Source: Candidatus Poribacteria bacterium (GTDB lineage: Bacteria; Poribacteria; WGA-4E; WGA-3G). Taken from it: DNA of 64,000 nucleotides. A program made the translations under genes and the position numbers. The DNA is taken from assembly GCA_028820845.1 (NCBI GenBank), contig JAPPII010000004.1, forward strand, positions 20,314-84,313. The letters are read 5' to 3'. The notes beneath the pieces were generated by a model. It saw only the letters and a program-made list of their open reading frames with translations. It had not been told where the DNA came from and made no database searches. Below are positions 1 through 9,140 of the stretch, one piece after another (within the stretch, counting starts at the first letter, position 1; each line of letters starts with the position of its first letter).

Positions 1-2620
1 AGAGCTGCTCCAAGTTAATGAGATTCACCAGTGGGCGTAGGTCTGTTATCGGATTTCGACTCAGGTTAAGTTCTCTGAGGTTCGTGGCAAACTCTAAGCC
101 ACTAATGTTATCGATGCCTTTATCGGAGACCTTTAACTCCTGTAATCGTAGCATTTTTTCTTTCGTAAGCGGTACGTCTGGTAGCAGTCCCATCTCACCG
201 CGCACTGCAATGCGCAACGCAGCGTCTGGCATCCACGCTTCGGCGGGATCGGTTTGTTGGGTCGTCTGTTCGATAACATCGTATTTGAAGTCTGTGAGCT
301 TCAGTTTGGAGAGCGGCGTGAAGTCTGTTATCGGATTTCCCTGTACCCACAAAGTTTCTAAGGCAGTTAACCCCGAAAGTGGATGTACGGCTTCGATGGC
401 GTTATGTCTAATATCCAAGACGCGCAGTTTCGTCAACCCCGCGAGGGGAAGGATATCCGAAATCCCGCTGTTTTCCAGACAGAGATACTCTAAGGCAGTG
501 AGACGCGCTAACTGACGCACGTCTATGAGCGGACTGTTACTCACGTCGAGTTCTCTAAGATTCAATCTGTAGAGTGGACTTAAGTCTATTATCGGATTCC
601 CTTCAATGGATAATATCCGCAGTTTTGTCAATCTCGAAAGCGGTGCTATATCCAAAATGCCGTTTCTTCGTAGAGAGAGAGTCTCTAAGTTTATTAAATT
701 CGTCAACAGATGGAGATCAAGGTTTACCATGGGTGGGGAGACATCTCCGATATGTAAGACTTTAAGTTTCGTTAAGTTTGCGAGCGGTCGTAAGTCTGTT
801 ATTGGATTCTCACTCAGGTACAGTTCTCTGAGATTCGTGGCAAATTCTAAACCTGTGATGTCAAGGATACCTGTGCCTCCCGCATCAAGGTACACCAATC
901 TTAACATCTTCTCTTTTGTCAATGGAACATCTGGTAGGAGTCCGACCTCACCGCGAACGACGGCGCGCAACGCTGGATCTGGCATCCATGCCTCAGAAGG
1001 TTGTGTTTGGACTGCGGGATCCGCGACGGCATCGTATTTTAGATCTATGAGATTCAGTTTGGAGAGGGGATGCAAGTCTTGTATCGGATTCATCTTGATC
1101 CACAATGCTTGCAGATTCATCAAGCCTGTGAGTGGGCTGAAGTCTTTAATATGATTGTCTGTCAGGATGAGATGCTTCAGGCTTTTCAAATTTGCGAGCG
1201 GCGCAACGTTTTGAACGTGGTTGTCAAAAAGGTCTAATTTTTCTAAGTTTATCAGATTTGCAAGCGGACGGAGATCGTCCACATAATTGTCAGCCAAATT
1301 CAGGTAGGTAAGGGCAGTCAGGGAACGCAGTGGAGATATATCAGTTACTTGGTTATTCCAGAGGCTGAGTCCAGTTAGATGGGTCAAGTTCGTGAGGGGT
1401 CTCACGTCTGAGACTTGATTACCACCGACATTGAGATTGATTAGGTCAGTGAGGGCAGCGAGCGGTCTTAAGTCAGTGACATAATTACCCGCATCGCCTA
1501 AATGTAAATCCACTAAATTTTGGGCAAATTCCAAGCCCTTTAAATCCGTAATACCTTTTCCACTCGCATGTAGGCGATGGAGCTCCAGCATTATCTCCTG
1601 CGTTAAAGGGGCGCCTGCCGGAAGTGCCAATTCCTCCCGAACAGCGGCACGCAAGGCGGGATCGGGCATCCAAGGGACGGTATCCGCTGAGTCCACCGAT
1701 GCCCCTGGTGTTGCGGCTGTTTCGGACCCTTGTAATCCGGGACTATTGGTTTCATCGGTCATGAGGGTACGTCCGAATTGATTTTGAAGTGCCGGTTTGG
1801 CGTCGGTGTCAAGGACAATGAGTGTCTCAATAATTTCGATGGTCGGTTCCGATGCTGCCTCGAAACTGTAGGGTCTCTGAAACCGGGCAAGGTATTTGTT
1901 GCTGAGTCCGAGCATCAGCAGCACCAAAATCGCAGCTGCACCGGCTGCGATCCATGGAATGACGGGTTTCGTAGTTGGAGACGGGGTTGACTTCATATTG
2001 ACGGTTTTCTGGGTGATGTTTTCTACGAGGTCAGCAGAAAGTTGGACCCCTCCGAGCGTCTCTTGTATCAAGAGTGTTTCATTTTCTTGTAAACGGCGGC
2101 GTGCGCGCTGCAGACGACTGGTAATCGTATTCACAGAGACCCCAAGGAATCTGCTAATCTCGCGAGTCGTCATTTCACCGAGATAATAGAGCGTCATAAC
2201 AGTCCGTTCGCTCTCTGGGAGTTTATCGAGGAGTTTCTTGACGAGGGCCTGACGATGTTCAGCAGATTCAGCTTCGCGTTGCTCTGATACATAACGGGTG
2301 TATGTGGATTTATCAATTGCTTCCATAGCTGTCTCCAACAACTGGAGTTCGGATTTATGCTTTCGCCGCCAATTGCTGCAGCGTCGACTTGTCATGACAT
2401 AAAGCCATCCAGCAAACTGACGGGGGTCCTTGAGGGTTGAAAGTTTATTGTAGACTTGGAGGAAGGTGTCTTGGGTAATCTCTTCGGCATGGTGAAAGTC
2501 GCCGATCTTCCGCCACGCCAGGGCGTGCACGCTTTTCTGATATTTTCGGACTAAAGCCGTGAAGGCTGCGTCATCGCCCGACAAAATCCTGTGGATCAGT
2601 TGAACATCTTCTTCTATCAT
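1..2620 (-). CDS. ECF (sigma-70 family) RNA polymerase sigma factor domain (about 2003-2620) fused in-frame to one TM helix and a leucine-rich-repeat ectodomain. Partial: the 3' end runs off the window.
   Basis: Minus-strand translation from the ATG at 2620 gives MIEEDVQLIHRILSGDDAAFTALVRKYQKSVHALAWRKIGDFHHAEEITQDTFLQVY...LPESERTVMTLYYLGEMTTREISRFLGVSVNTITSRLQRARRRL, i.e. sigma2 and sigma4 regions. I checked codon by codon from 2620 down to about 1920 and found no stop before MKSTPSPTTKPVIPWIAAGAAAILVLLMLGL, which reads as a TM helix. Downstream are internalin-like LRRs (ITDLKGLEFAQNLVDLHLGDAGNYVTDLRPLAALTDLINLNVGGNQVSDVRPL...). The plus-strand ORFs 18-1154 are antisense artefacts. Confidence 0.6.
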   Translation of the reverse strand, partial: MIEEDVQLIHRILSGDDAAFTALVRKYQKSVHALAWRKIGDFHHAEEITQDTFLQVYNKLSTLKDPRQFAGWLYVMTSRRCSNWRRKHKSELQLLETAMEAIDKSTYTRYVSEQREAESAEHRQALVKKLLDKLPESERTVMTLYYLGEMTTREISRFLGVSVNTITSRLQRARRRLQENETLLIQETLGGVQLSADLVENITQKTVNMKSTPSPTTKPVIPWIAAGAAAILVLLMLGLSNKYLARFQRPYSFEAASEPTIEIIETLIVLDTDAKPALQNQFGRTLMTDETNSPGLQGSETAATPGASVDSADTVPWMPDPALRAAVREELALPAGAPLTQEIMLELHRLHASGKGITDLKGLEFAQNLVDLHLGDAGNYVTDLRPLAALTDLINLNVGGNQVSDVRPLTNLTHLTGLSLWNNQVTDISPLRSLTALTYLNLADNYVDDLRPLANLINLEKLDLFDNHVQNVAPLANLKSLKHLILTDNHIKDFSPLTGLMNLQALWIKMNPIQDLHPLSKLNLIDLKYDAVADPAVQTQPSEAWMPDPALRAVVRGEVGLLPDVPLTKEKMLRLVYLDAGGTGILDITGLEFATNLRELYLSENPITDLRPLANLTKLKVLHIGDVSPPMVNLDLHLLTNLINLETLSLRRNGILDIAPLSRLTKLRILSIEGNPIIDLSPLYRLNLRELDVSNSPLIDVRQLARLTALEYLCLENSGISDILPLAGLTKLRVLDIRHNAIEAVHPLSGLTALETLWVQGNPITDFTPLSKLKLTDFKYDVIEQTTQQTDPAEAWMPDAALRIAVRGEMGLLPDVPLTKEKMLRLQELKVSDKGIDNISGLEFATNLRELNLSRNPITDLRPLVNLINLEQL

Positions 2621-2809
2621 TGTACGCCTCCATGATGAATGGATGGGGTTCGCCTCGTTTCTCGCTGAAGCGAAGTATACTCAGATTCGCAGCAGCCTTG
2701 GGTTAATATACAACGCTTTAACGCGAAAGTCAATTTACGGCAGTGCTGGTGCGATTTTCCAACCGCACCAGCTGGTTAGATATACGCTATGACGCGACGT
2801 AGTATACGC

Positions 2810-5800
2810 CTACTTCAAAATAAGCATCTTTCGCAGGAGCGAGACGTTATCTGCCTGAAATTGGTAGAAATAGATACCGCTTGCGACGCGTTCACCGACT
2901 TCGTTACGACCATTCCAATACGCTGCACGACTCCGCTCTGTGTAATAACCGGCATGCTGATGTCCGAGATTGAGTTGACGGACACGCGTGCCATGCACAT
3001 TGTAGATACTGATTGTCACCTCACTCGCATTCGCCAAGTGATACGGTATCCATGTCTCTGGGTTGAACGGATTCGGATAGTTCGGAAGTAAGGTCGTCTC
3101 TTCAGGTACAAGCAGTGCCAAGAGGCTTTCGAGATAAGCGATCCCTTCTCGGAAGGCAACAGAACCGTCATCTTCAAGTTGTGCCTGGTCTATCCACGCC
3201 TGTACCATCGCAGAATCGAGGTTCTCAATATTGTCCATCACAAGCATGGCAGGGGACGCTGCGCCTGTCGACTCACCAAGATGTTGGGCGACGAGGATGA
3301 GATCCAAAATGGTAATAGTACCGTCGTTTACGTCTGCTTCAGCGTTCGCAGCTGCAGTTTCACCAAACCGCTGCGCGACCCGAATCAGATCCAGAATGCT
3401 GACGCGTCCGTCCTGATTCACATCCCATGCCGGATATTCTCCCACAGTTATAGTGAGGTGAGGCGCGTCCGTAGGTATAACCGTTCCTGTTGCAGAACCA
3501 AACTCAAAATCACTGAGTGTCACTTCGGTTTTCCCACTCGCCTTTGCTGCGAATGTTATTGACAATAACGGACCTGATCCTTTAACCCCGTCTTCAGAGA
3601 TGTGAGCAGCACTGAGTCCGGTAATCTTCCCCAATCTGTTATTGATAGTTCCTTTTTGAAAGAAAGTCGTTCCACCACCGGTCTTCAGGAAGTCGCCTTC
3701 GTTGACTTCAACTGCCTCAAGGGTCGTTGGATCGAATGCGACATCAACCTGCCATCCGGCTAAATCGGCGACGTGTTCTGCATTGAGATCAACCGTAAAC
3801 CTATCGCCAATGAGAACATTTGTTGTGGTTGAAGAGAAGGCAAAATTGCCACCCGGCGGTATCACTGTGTATGCAGTGCCGTCTTCAAATCCGAACAAGC
3901 CCGTCCAACGGTTTTCTTCTGTCTCACTGCTCCCCCTCTCAAAAACAGCAACTAACATAAGGTTTGCGCCCTCTCTGAGCATGACAGGGAAGAATTCTGT
4001 GTAATACGCGTTTCCTCTTGATGTCGGATAGTTGTGAACCAACGCGCCGTTGAGCCAAACTTTAACAGCGTCGCCACTTCCAACAAGCATATTTACCTTC
4101 TGATTTTTCGGAGAACCTATGGTAATCAAACCGTAAGCAACATGACGGGCTGTATCGTCTGTAACTAAGTCTGTAGTTTTCACCACCTCATTTATGTTTC
4201 CGCGTGATGGTGAGATTTTGCCGATTGTCCAGACGTTGTTTCCAAGAGAGGCTCCCTCTTTCACGCCGTTTGTTGCGATGTCCAGTTCTGTTACGGTACC
4301 CTTACTCATCCGTGCCAGAAAATCTATGCCGGATTTAGCAGCATCTATGCTCCACATGCCGGGCGTTGGCGCGATCATCCATAACCACGGCCCCTCTATT
4401 TTCGGGCCCTCTGTTGGGAACCCGGGGTTACCGGCTGTGAATATAGGAATCTTCCCGAATAAGTCTGCTATAGGTGAGAAATCCGATACATTATTGCCTT
4501 CAAGACTTAAGTGTTCCAAGTGACTTAACGACGTGAGGGGCGATACGTCTGATATGCGATTATGCTGAAGCGACAGATCTCTCAAATTTGTTAGGTTTAC
4601 GAGCGGTGAAAGGTCTGATAGGTCTCCCATACTATAAAGTACCAACCTTTTCAAATTTGTTAGATTTGCGAGTGGTGAAAGGTCTGATACCACCCCTGAG
4701 TTGTGGCCCATGTCAAGCCATCTCAAGTTTGTGAGGGCACTCAGCGGGGATATATCATCTATAGCGAGCTCCCAAATTGAAATGCCTTCGAGATGGGCGA
4801 GTTCTGCAAGCGGTGAAAAATCGGATATCATCTTTCCGCTTATCCAAATTTCTTTCAGTGTCTTTAATCTGCCTATGGATCGGGCTAAATCGGATAAATC
4901 GGTTATGAGTTCGCTGCGGAGTTTCAATTGTTCGAGATTTGTCGCCGCCTCCAGTCCTGCGAAATCACGGATGTCATAGTCTCGTGCGCTAAGCGTCCTT
5001 AACGTTGCCATCTCCTCGGCTGTAATTACGGCATTCGGACTCTTGCCAAGTGCTTTCGCAACTGCGGCGCGCAAGTTTGGATCGGAAATATAAACAGATG
5101 CGCCGGGGATGATGTCGGTTTGCGGCGTAACTGGCGTAACGACATTGCTATCAGGAAAACTCAGCGCAGCAACAACGTCACTAAAGTTCGATGTCCATGT
5201 ATCCCGCTTCACCGTACCGGTCTCCAAGACCAGCAACCCTAAACTTTGTAAACTCGCATTCTCACGGATCTTCTGAAGAAATGTCTCCGTTTCTAAACCC
5301 ACACCTGCCGCAGCGTGTGCAGCATCAAGCGGTGCCTGAAATGCCTCGTAGAATCGCTGCGCGGGTTCAATGCCGCCAAATATATCGCCTGCCGCCTCAA
5401 GTGCCTGACGATACCGTTGGGTATCCTCGGATACAAGGCTGTTCATGACAGATTTCGGCACGTAGAGCCGTAAGGCTTGGGCTTTGTTATAGGGTGGGTT
5501 GGCGTTCTGCTGAATAACAGGACGTATCTGGTCTTCAAAGGTTTTCATGCCTTCGGTGTGGCAGCCGATGCACGACAGTCCATTCCGAACGGTCGGATCG
5601 CTCGCAGCCGGATTGGAAACAATACTGATCGGTGCGGCATCCAGTCGGTTCCCACCCCCGTCTGTGAGATAGTATGCTTGTAAACCGTTGGGTAAGTTGA
5701 AGACAACCTCGCCACCATCATAAGTAAAAGATAGCGGATGTGTGAAGATATGCTGCGTTCCGGCACTTCCCGCAAAGTCGTAACTTTTCCAATACGCACC

Positions 5801-6787
5801 ATACCGAGATGTGTGACGTTCCACAACCCGATTATGATTTGAGACCCCCGAATTGTTGAAACCTGCGTGCCAGACGCGTTTTCCCGCAGCGTTCTGGAGA
5901 TTTTCGACGACATTCACCTCAAGCCGCGTTTCCAGCTCCTGAACGGTCGAAGGCAGCCCCAGAATGTCGTGATAGAGGGGTGGCAGTGAAGCAGACGCAA
6001 GGAACCAATCGACATGAACAAATGGCACGTCGCAGTTCATTTTTTGACGTAAAGCCGTCAATTTTTCACGGAGTGTCGTCTCCGTGGGCGCGTTGAACTC
6101 AATACTATACGGATACTCCGCTTCAATCAATGTCCATCGGTTGGCTCCGATCTCCCATTCGTAGTCTCGTAGGTCGATGTAGAAGATTGTCTCTTCTCGG
6201 TCAATGGGTTGTGGTCTGATAACCTCACGTCCCCAAGAAAGGCTGTTCACAAGTTTCGAGAGTGCGCGTTGATAGGCATGCAGTGCCTCGGTCGTTTCAC
6301 CCGCGTTATAAAGATGCGTCATTGTAAAGTAGCGTGCGAAGGTTCGGTCAAACGGTGCGAGTGTGTTGACGTGTCTCTCAATGGTATTCAGCATCTTTTG
6401 CGGTGTAATGAAGGGTCCGCCTGCTTCGGTGGTGCTTCCCCAATCCGGCGCGCCTGCCAGAATCCAACGACGAATGGTATCGGTTGCAGCGGGTGTAAGC
6501 GGGGGTTGTCCAAGCGGCATTCGTTTTTCGGGTCGATTTTCAATGAGACGTTTATAGAGTTCGGAGACGTTCGGTCTTCTCGGAACAACTGCCCCGGTTT
6601 CAATGAGTGTGGTATGCTCAATAATGAGACTCTCGGTGAAGGCACCGTGTTCTCCGTGGCAATTAAGACAGTTCTGTTCAAAAATAGCAGACACTTGTTG
6701 GGCGAGGTTTTCTTGTGCATAAGCACTTCCGAGTCCAAAGGCGATGAGCGTTAGTGTGATTAGAAGAAAAGTTCTTGCTGTTTTCAT
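2810..6787 (-). CDS. Giant secreted multidomain protein (1325 aa). It has a signal peptide, a PSCyt1-type cytochrome-c domain (CxxCH), a DUF1549-like region, an internalin-like LRR block, a LamG-like domain, a cohesin domain, a dockerin type I duplicated segment and a T9SS-type C-terminal sorting domain.
   Basis: Signal peptide MKTARTFLLITLTLIAFGLGSAYAQ. CLNCHGEHG...RMPLGQPPLTPAATDTIRRWILAGAPDW matches the Planctomycete cytochrome-c (PSCyt1) pattern. LRRs: LTNLRWLDMGHNSGVVSDLSPLANLTNLKRLVLYSM...LQHNRISDVSPLTSLSHLEHLSLEGNNVSDFSPI. Cohesin-like: FTVDLNAEHVADLAGWQVDVAFDPTTLEAVEV. Dockerin repeats: DVNQDGRVSILDLIRVAQRFGE and DVNDGTITILDLILVAQHLGE. C-terminal NPFNPETWIPYHL...ISIYNVHGTRVRQL...GIYFYQFQADNVSLLRKMLILK resembles a Por/T9SS tail. 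Confidence 0.8.
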   Translation of the reverse strand: MKTARTFLLITLTLIAFGLGSAYAQENLAQQVSAIFEQNCLNCHGEHGAFTESLIIEHTTLIETGAVVPRRPNVSELYKRLIENRPEKRMPLGQPPLTPAATDTIRRWILAGAPDWGSTTEAGGPFITPQKMLNTIERHVNTLAPFDRTFARYFTMTHLYNAGETTEALHAYQRALSKLVNSLSWGREVIRPQPIDREETIFYIDLRDYEWEIGANRWTLIEAEYPYSIEFNAPTETTLREKLTALRQKMNCDVPFVHVDWFLASASLPPLYHDILGLPSTVQELETRLEVNVVENLQNAAGKRVWHAGFNNSGVSNHNRVVERHTSRYGAYWKSYDFAGSAGTQHIFTHPLSFTYDGGEVVFNLPNGLQAYYLTDGGGNRLDAAPISIVSNPAASDPTVRNGLSCIGCHTEGMKTFEDQIRPVIQQNANPPYNKAQALRLYVPKSVMNSLVSEDTQRYRQALEAAGDIFGGIEPAQRFYEAFQAPLDAAHAAAGVGLETETFLQKIRENASLQSLGLLVLETGTVKRDTWTSNFSDVVAALSFPDSNVVTPVTPQTDIIPGASVYISDPNLRAAVAKALGKSPNAVITAEEMATLRTLSARDYDIRDFAGLEAATNLEQLKLRSELITDLSDLARSIGRLKTLKEIWISGKMISDFSPLAELAHLEGISIWELAIDDISPLSALTNLRWLDMGHNSGVVSDLSPLANLTNLKRLVLYSMGDLSDLSPLVNLTNLRDLSLQHNRISDVSPLTSLSHLEHLSLEGNNVSDFSPIADLFGKIPIFTAGNPGFPTEGPKIEGPWLWMIAPTPGMWSIDAAKSGIDFLARMSKGTVTELDIATNGVKEGASLGNNVWTIGKISPSRGNINEVVKTTDLVTDDTARHVAYGLITIGSPKNQKVNMLVGSGDAVKVWLNGALVHNYPTSRGNAYYTEFFPVMLREGANLMLVAVFERGSSETEENRWTGLFGFEDGTAYTVIPPGGNFAFSSTTTNVLIGDRFTVDLNAEHVADLAGWQVDVAFDPTTLEAVEVNEGDFLKTGGGTTFFQKGTINNRLGKITGLSAAHISEDGVKGSGPLLSITFAAKASGKTEVTLSDFEFGSATGTVIPTDAPHLTITVGEYPAWDVNQDGRVSILDLIRVAQRFGETAAANAEADVNDGTITILDLILVAQHLGESTGAASPAMLVMDNIENLDSAMVQAWIDQAQLEDDGSVAFREGIAYLESLLALLVPEETTLLPNYPNPFNPETWIPYHLANASEVTISIYNVHGTRVRQLNLGHQHAGYYTERSRAAYWNGRNEVGERVASGIYFYQFQADNVSLLRKMLILK

Positions 6788-7325
6788 GGTGTGCGTCCTC
6801 CAGTTTGTGGATAGTATTTTTTGTTTTCCAAAGGTTGCGTGCTACCCCACTCACTGGCGAGGTTTCCTTGAGGAAACACCCAAGCAAAAACACCTCGCCA
6901 ATTGCGGATTTTGCTATAACTTCGTATTAAGACACAATTTTGGGGTAGAAAACGTGCATAAAATGAAAAAAAATGGATTTTTTTTCAAAATGTTCTGTGG
7001 TGAACATGTTTTAGGCGGTTGCCCGCGGCACACGTTTCTGAATGATATGGGGAAGGCATTACGCCTGTTAAGTGGGTTGGAAATTGATCGTGGGGTTGAT
7101 TAGAAATACGTGGGTTTTGACAATGGGACTGTGGCGGACGGCAACCCCCCCTACAGTTTCTTCCGCAAAGGATGGCACAGATTACACGGATTTTGGAGAG
7201 GTGGGAATCAGAGTTTTCTCCTACTGTCGATTCTACAAAGAGATTTTCAGTCGCACGGCTAAGCCTCTAAGAAGTTCTGGTTGCATTTTATACTGCATTC
7301 CCTGATTTCAGAACTGGATGCGGTA

Positions 7326-8879
7326 CTACTCCCGCCACTGCCTTAAAATTCCCTGCAGCTCATCCGCAAGGGGCCGAATGTCACTCTCTCTTTGACCTGC
7401 CTCTAAGCGTGCAACGATCCGGCAGATCTCCGATGCCTCTCTACGTAAACTTTCGGAGAGGCTCTGAAATTTGTTTTTGGCAATCTCTGAAGGCGAATCG
7501 GATGCTGAACTGTATATCGCATCCAATTGGTTCATTAGGTTAGACAAACCTGACCGCGTGTTTCCGAGTCGTCCGATCTCTGCATCTGGGATGTACTTTA
7601 ACCGATCCCACACCCAACTTTCGGGGGCTCCACTACTGGGGAGAAAGAGTATGGACACAGTACTTTTTGCAGCGTCTTGTATTTTAAACGCGATTTCACC
7701 ATTTCTCTGGTCCCCATCAAGAACGAAAACAGTATTTTGAATCTGACCGAATTTTCTTAACGTCTCAGCGGGCATTGGAAACTGACTTGCCCCAGTATCT
7801 CGTCCAATGCGGATTGCTTCCCTATTCATTCCTTCTTTTGCGAGTAAAAAGTCAAATATACCTTCTAAGATACCTTCAGCGATGTCGTCTTCACAGAGCA
7901 GTTTGAGCATCTCGCTGGAACGTCCGTAGAGTGCATTCTGAATTAAGTCCCGATATGCTGGGCGCACAACAACCTCGACTGACGCGTCGTCTCGGTCAAG
8001 AAAAATCCTGCCGTTGAGAGGGACTGAATCAAGAACAACTGGACTGTGAGATGTTACAATAATCTGGAGATCGTTGCGGAGTGCAAGTTGTTGTAGATGC
8101 AACATAAGTAGTTGTTGCACCCAAGGATGCAGTCCGGCTTCTACTTCGTCAATCAAAACGAGTGCCCCATCGAGTTGCGTAATCTCTTTCGACAACCGCA
8201 GGATCGCACGTTCCCCAGCCGCCATGTGTAGTTCTGAATAAGCCGCACCGCCTTCTTGGGCAGCAAAAAGCAAGTTTTTGTTGCCACTGACCAGACTCAC
8301 CACCTCCGAATATCTGAAAGGAAGCATCTGATGGGCAAATTCAATCTGTGATGCAGTTAGAGGTGTTTCTTCCGGCGGTTCGGATTTCAGACGCGACATG
8401 CTGAGAACACCGCGTACCTCAGATGGATTCCTCAGATTGCTCAGAGTTCTGAGATAGACCTGTCGCTCCGGTTGACTGGCGTTTTGACGACCGAAGAAAC
8501 TCCGATTCCAACCCTTGGTACGTCGCCATCGCATGGAGGTCTCGCCTTCAGGAGTCTGGTAATAGAACTCCATCGTGACCGTTTGCTGCATATCTTGATG
8601 TCTGCCAAGTTTAGGGCGATAATCGGGAAAGAGTGTGGATGGAACGAATTCCCTAACCCCCGCACCCGGCACCTTATAAGCGCATGCTGTGGCAAAAAGT
8701 ACCGTTGACTTACCAGTCGTATTTCCACCAGCAATTACACTTACCGGGTAATCAAATGGAACTCTTAAGTTATTGAATCCACGGATACCATCCAAGCGGA
8801 TTGCCGACAAAAAATGCGGTAGATGCGGTTTCTTGCCTTGCAAATTTCTCCCGAGTTCTTCTAAGCGTCTCTCAAGCAC
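7326..8879 (-). CDS. OLD-family (Overcoming Lysogenization Defect) ATP-dependent endonuclease-like protein. It has an N-terminal ABC/AAA_21-type ATPase and a C-terminal TOPRIM-like segment. Candidate stand-alone anti-phage gene.
   Basis: Walker A VIAGGNTTGKSTVLFATA. Walker B and signature region LVLIDEVEAGLHPWVQ...IVTSHSPVVLDS. C-terminal ...DDIAEGILEGIFD... and ...VFVLDGDQRNG... resemble the TOPRIM conserved Glu and DxD motifs. Confidence 0.55.
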   Translation of the reverse strand: MLERRLEELGRNLQGKKPHLPHFLSAIRLDGIRGFNNLRVPFDYPVSVIAGGNTTGKSTVLFATACAYKVPGAGVREFVPSTLFPDYRPKLGRHQDMQQTVTMEFYYQTPEGETSMRWRRTKGWNRSFFGRQNASQPERQVYLRTLSNLRNPSEVRGVLSMSRLKSEPPEETPLTASQIEFAHQMLPFRYSEVVSLVSGNKNLLFAAQEGGAAYSELHMAAGERAILRLSKEITQLDGALVLIDEVEAGLHPWVQQLLMLHLQQLALRNDLQIIVTSHSPVVLDSVPLNGRIFLDRDDASVEVVVRPAYRDLIQNALYGRSSEMLKLLCEDDIAEGILEGIFDFLLAKEGMNREAIRIGRDTGASQFPMPAETLRKFGQIQNTVFVLDGDQRNGEIAFKIQDAAKSTVSILFLPSSGAPESWVWDRLKYIPDAEIGRLGNTRSGLSNLMNQLDAIYSSASDSPSEIAKNKFQSLSESLRREASEICRIVARLEAGQRESDIRPLADELQGILRQWRE

Positions 8880-9140
8880 GAATTACAACCTCCCTATCTC
8901 CTTGCTGTCGCGGTGTACCGATCAAATTAAAGTTTCTATGATGTGACTCCAGCTGCAACTCTGGTTGTCTATAGGTTACAAGATCAATTGTAATTCCTCA
9001 GCAGTAAAGTAACCGCCATTTTTGGCGGGTGGAGTGCCCTACTCAAAACGGTTATAAATATCGTTATCTGGGTTAAGACCGTTAGGCCAGGCTTTGTCGG
9101 AGAAAGGGAGATTGACGACAGCGAATCCGAATAATTTTCG

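Noticed and set aside
18-1154. Plus-strand ORFs 18-515, 574-765 and 606-1154
   Set aside because: They are antisense to the long minus-strand LRR reading frame, which shows a clear repeat periodicity. Their translations are low-complexity and Ser/Arg-rich, typical of wrong-strand frames.
1778-2186. Plus-strand ORFs 1778-1990 and 1896-2186
   Set aside because: They overlap the TM helix and sigma4 region of the minus-strand ECF-LRR ORF and are spurious.
3179-6754. Numerous short ORFs on both strands inside 2810-6787, for example 3179-3562, 4194-4523 and 6209-6754
   Set aside because: They are nested in the 1325-aa multidomain gene, which has coherent domain content. They are shadow ORFs.
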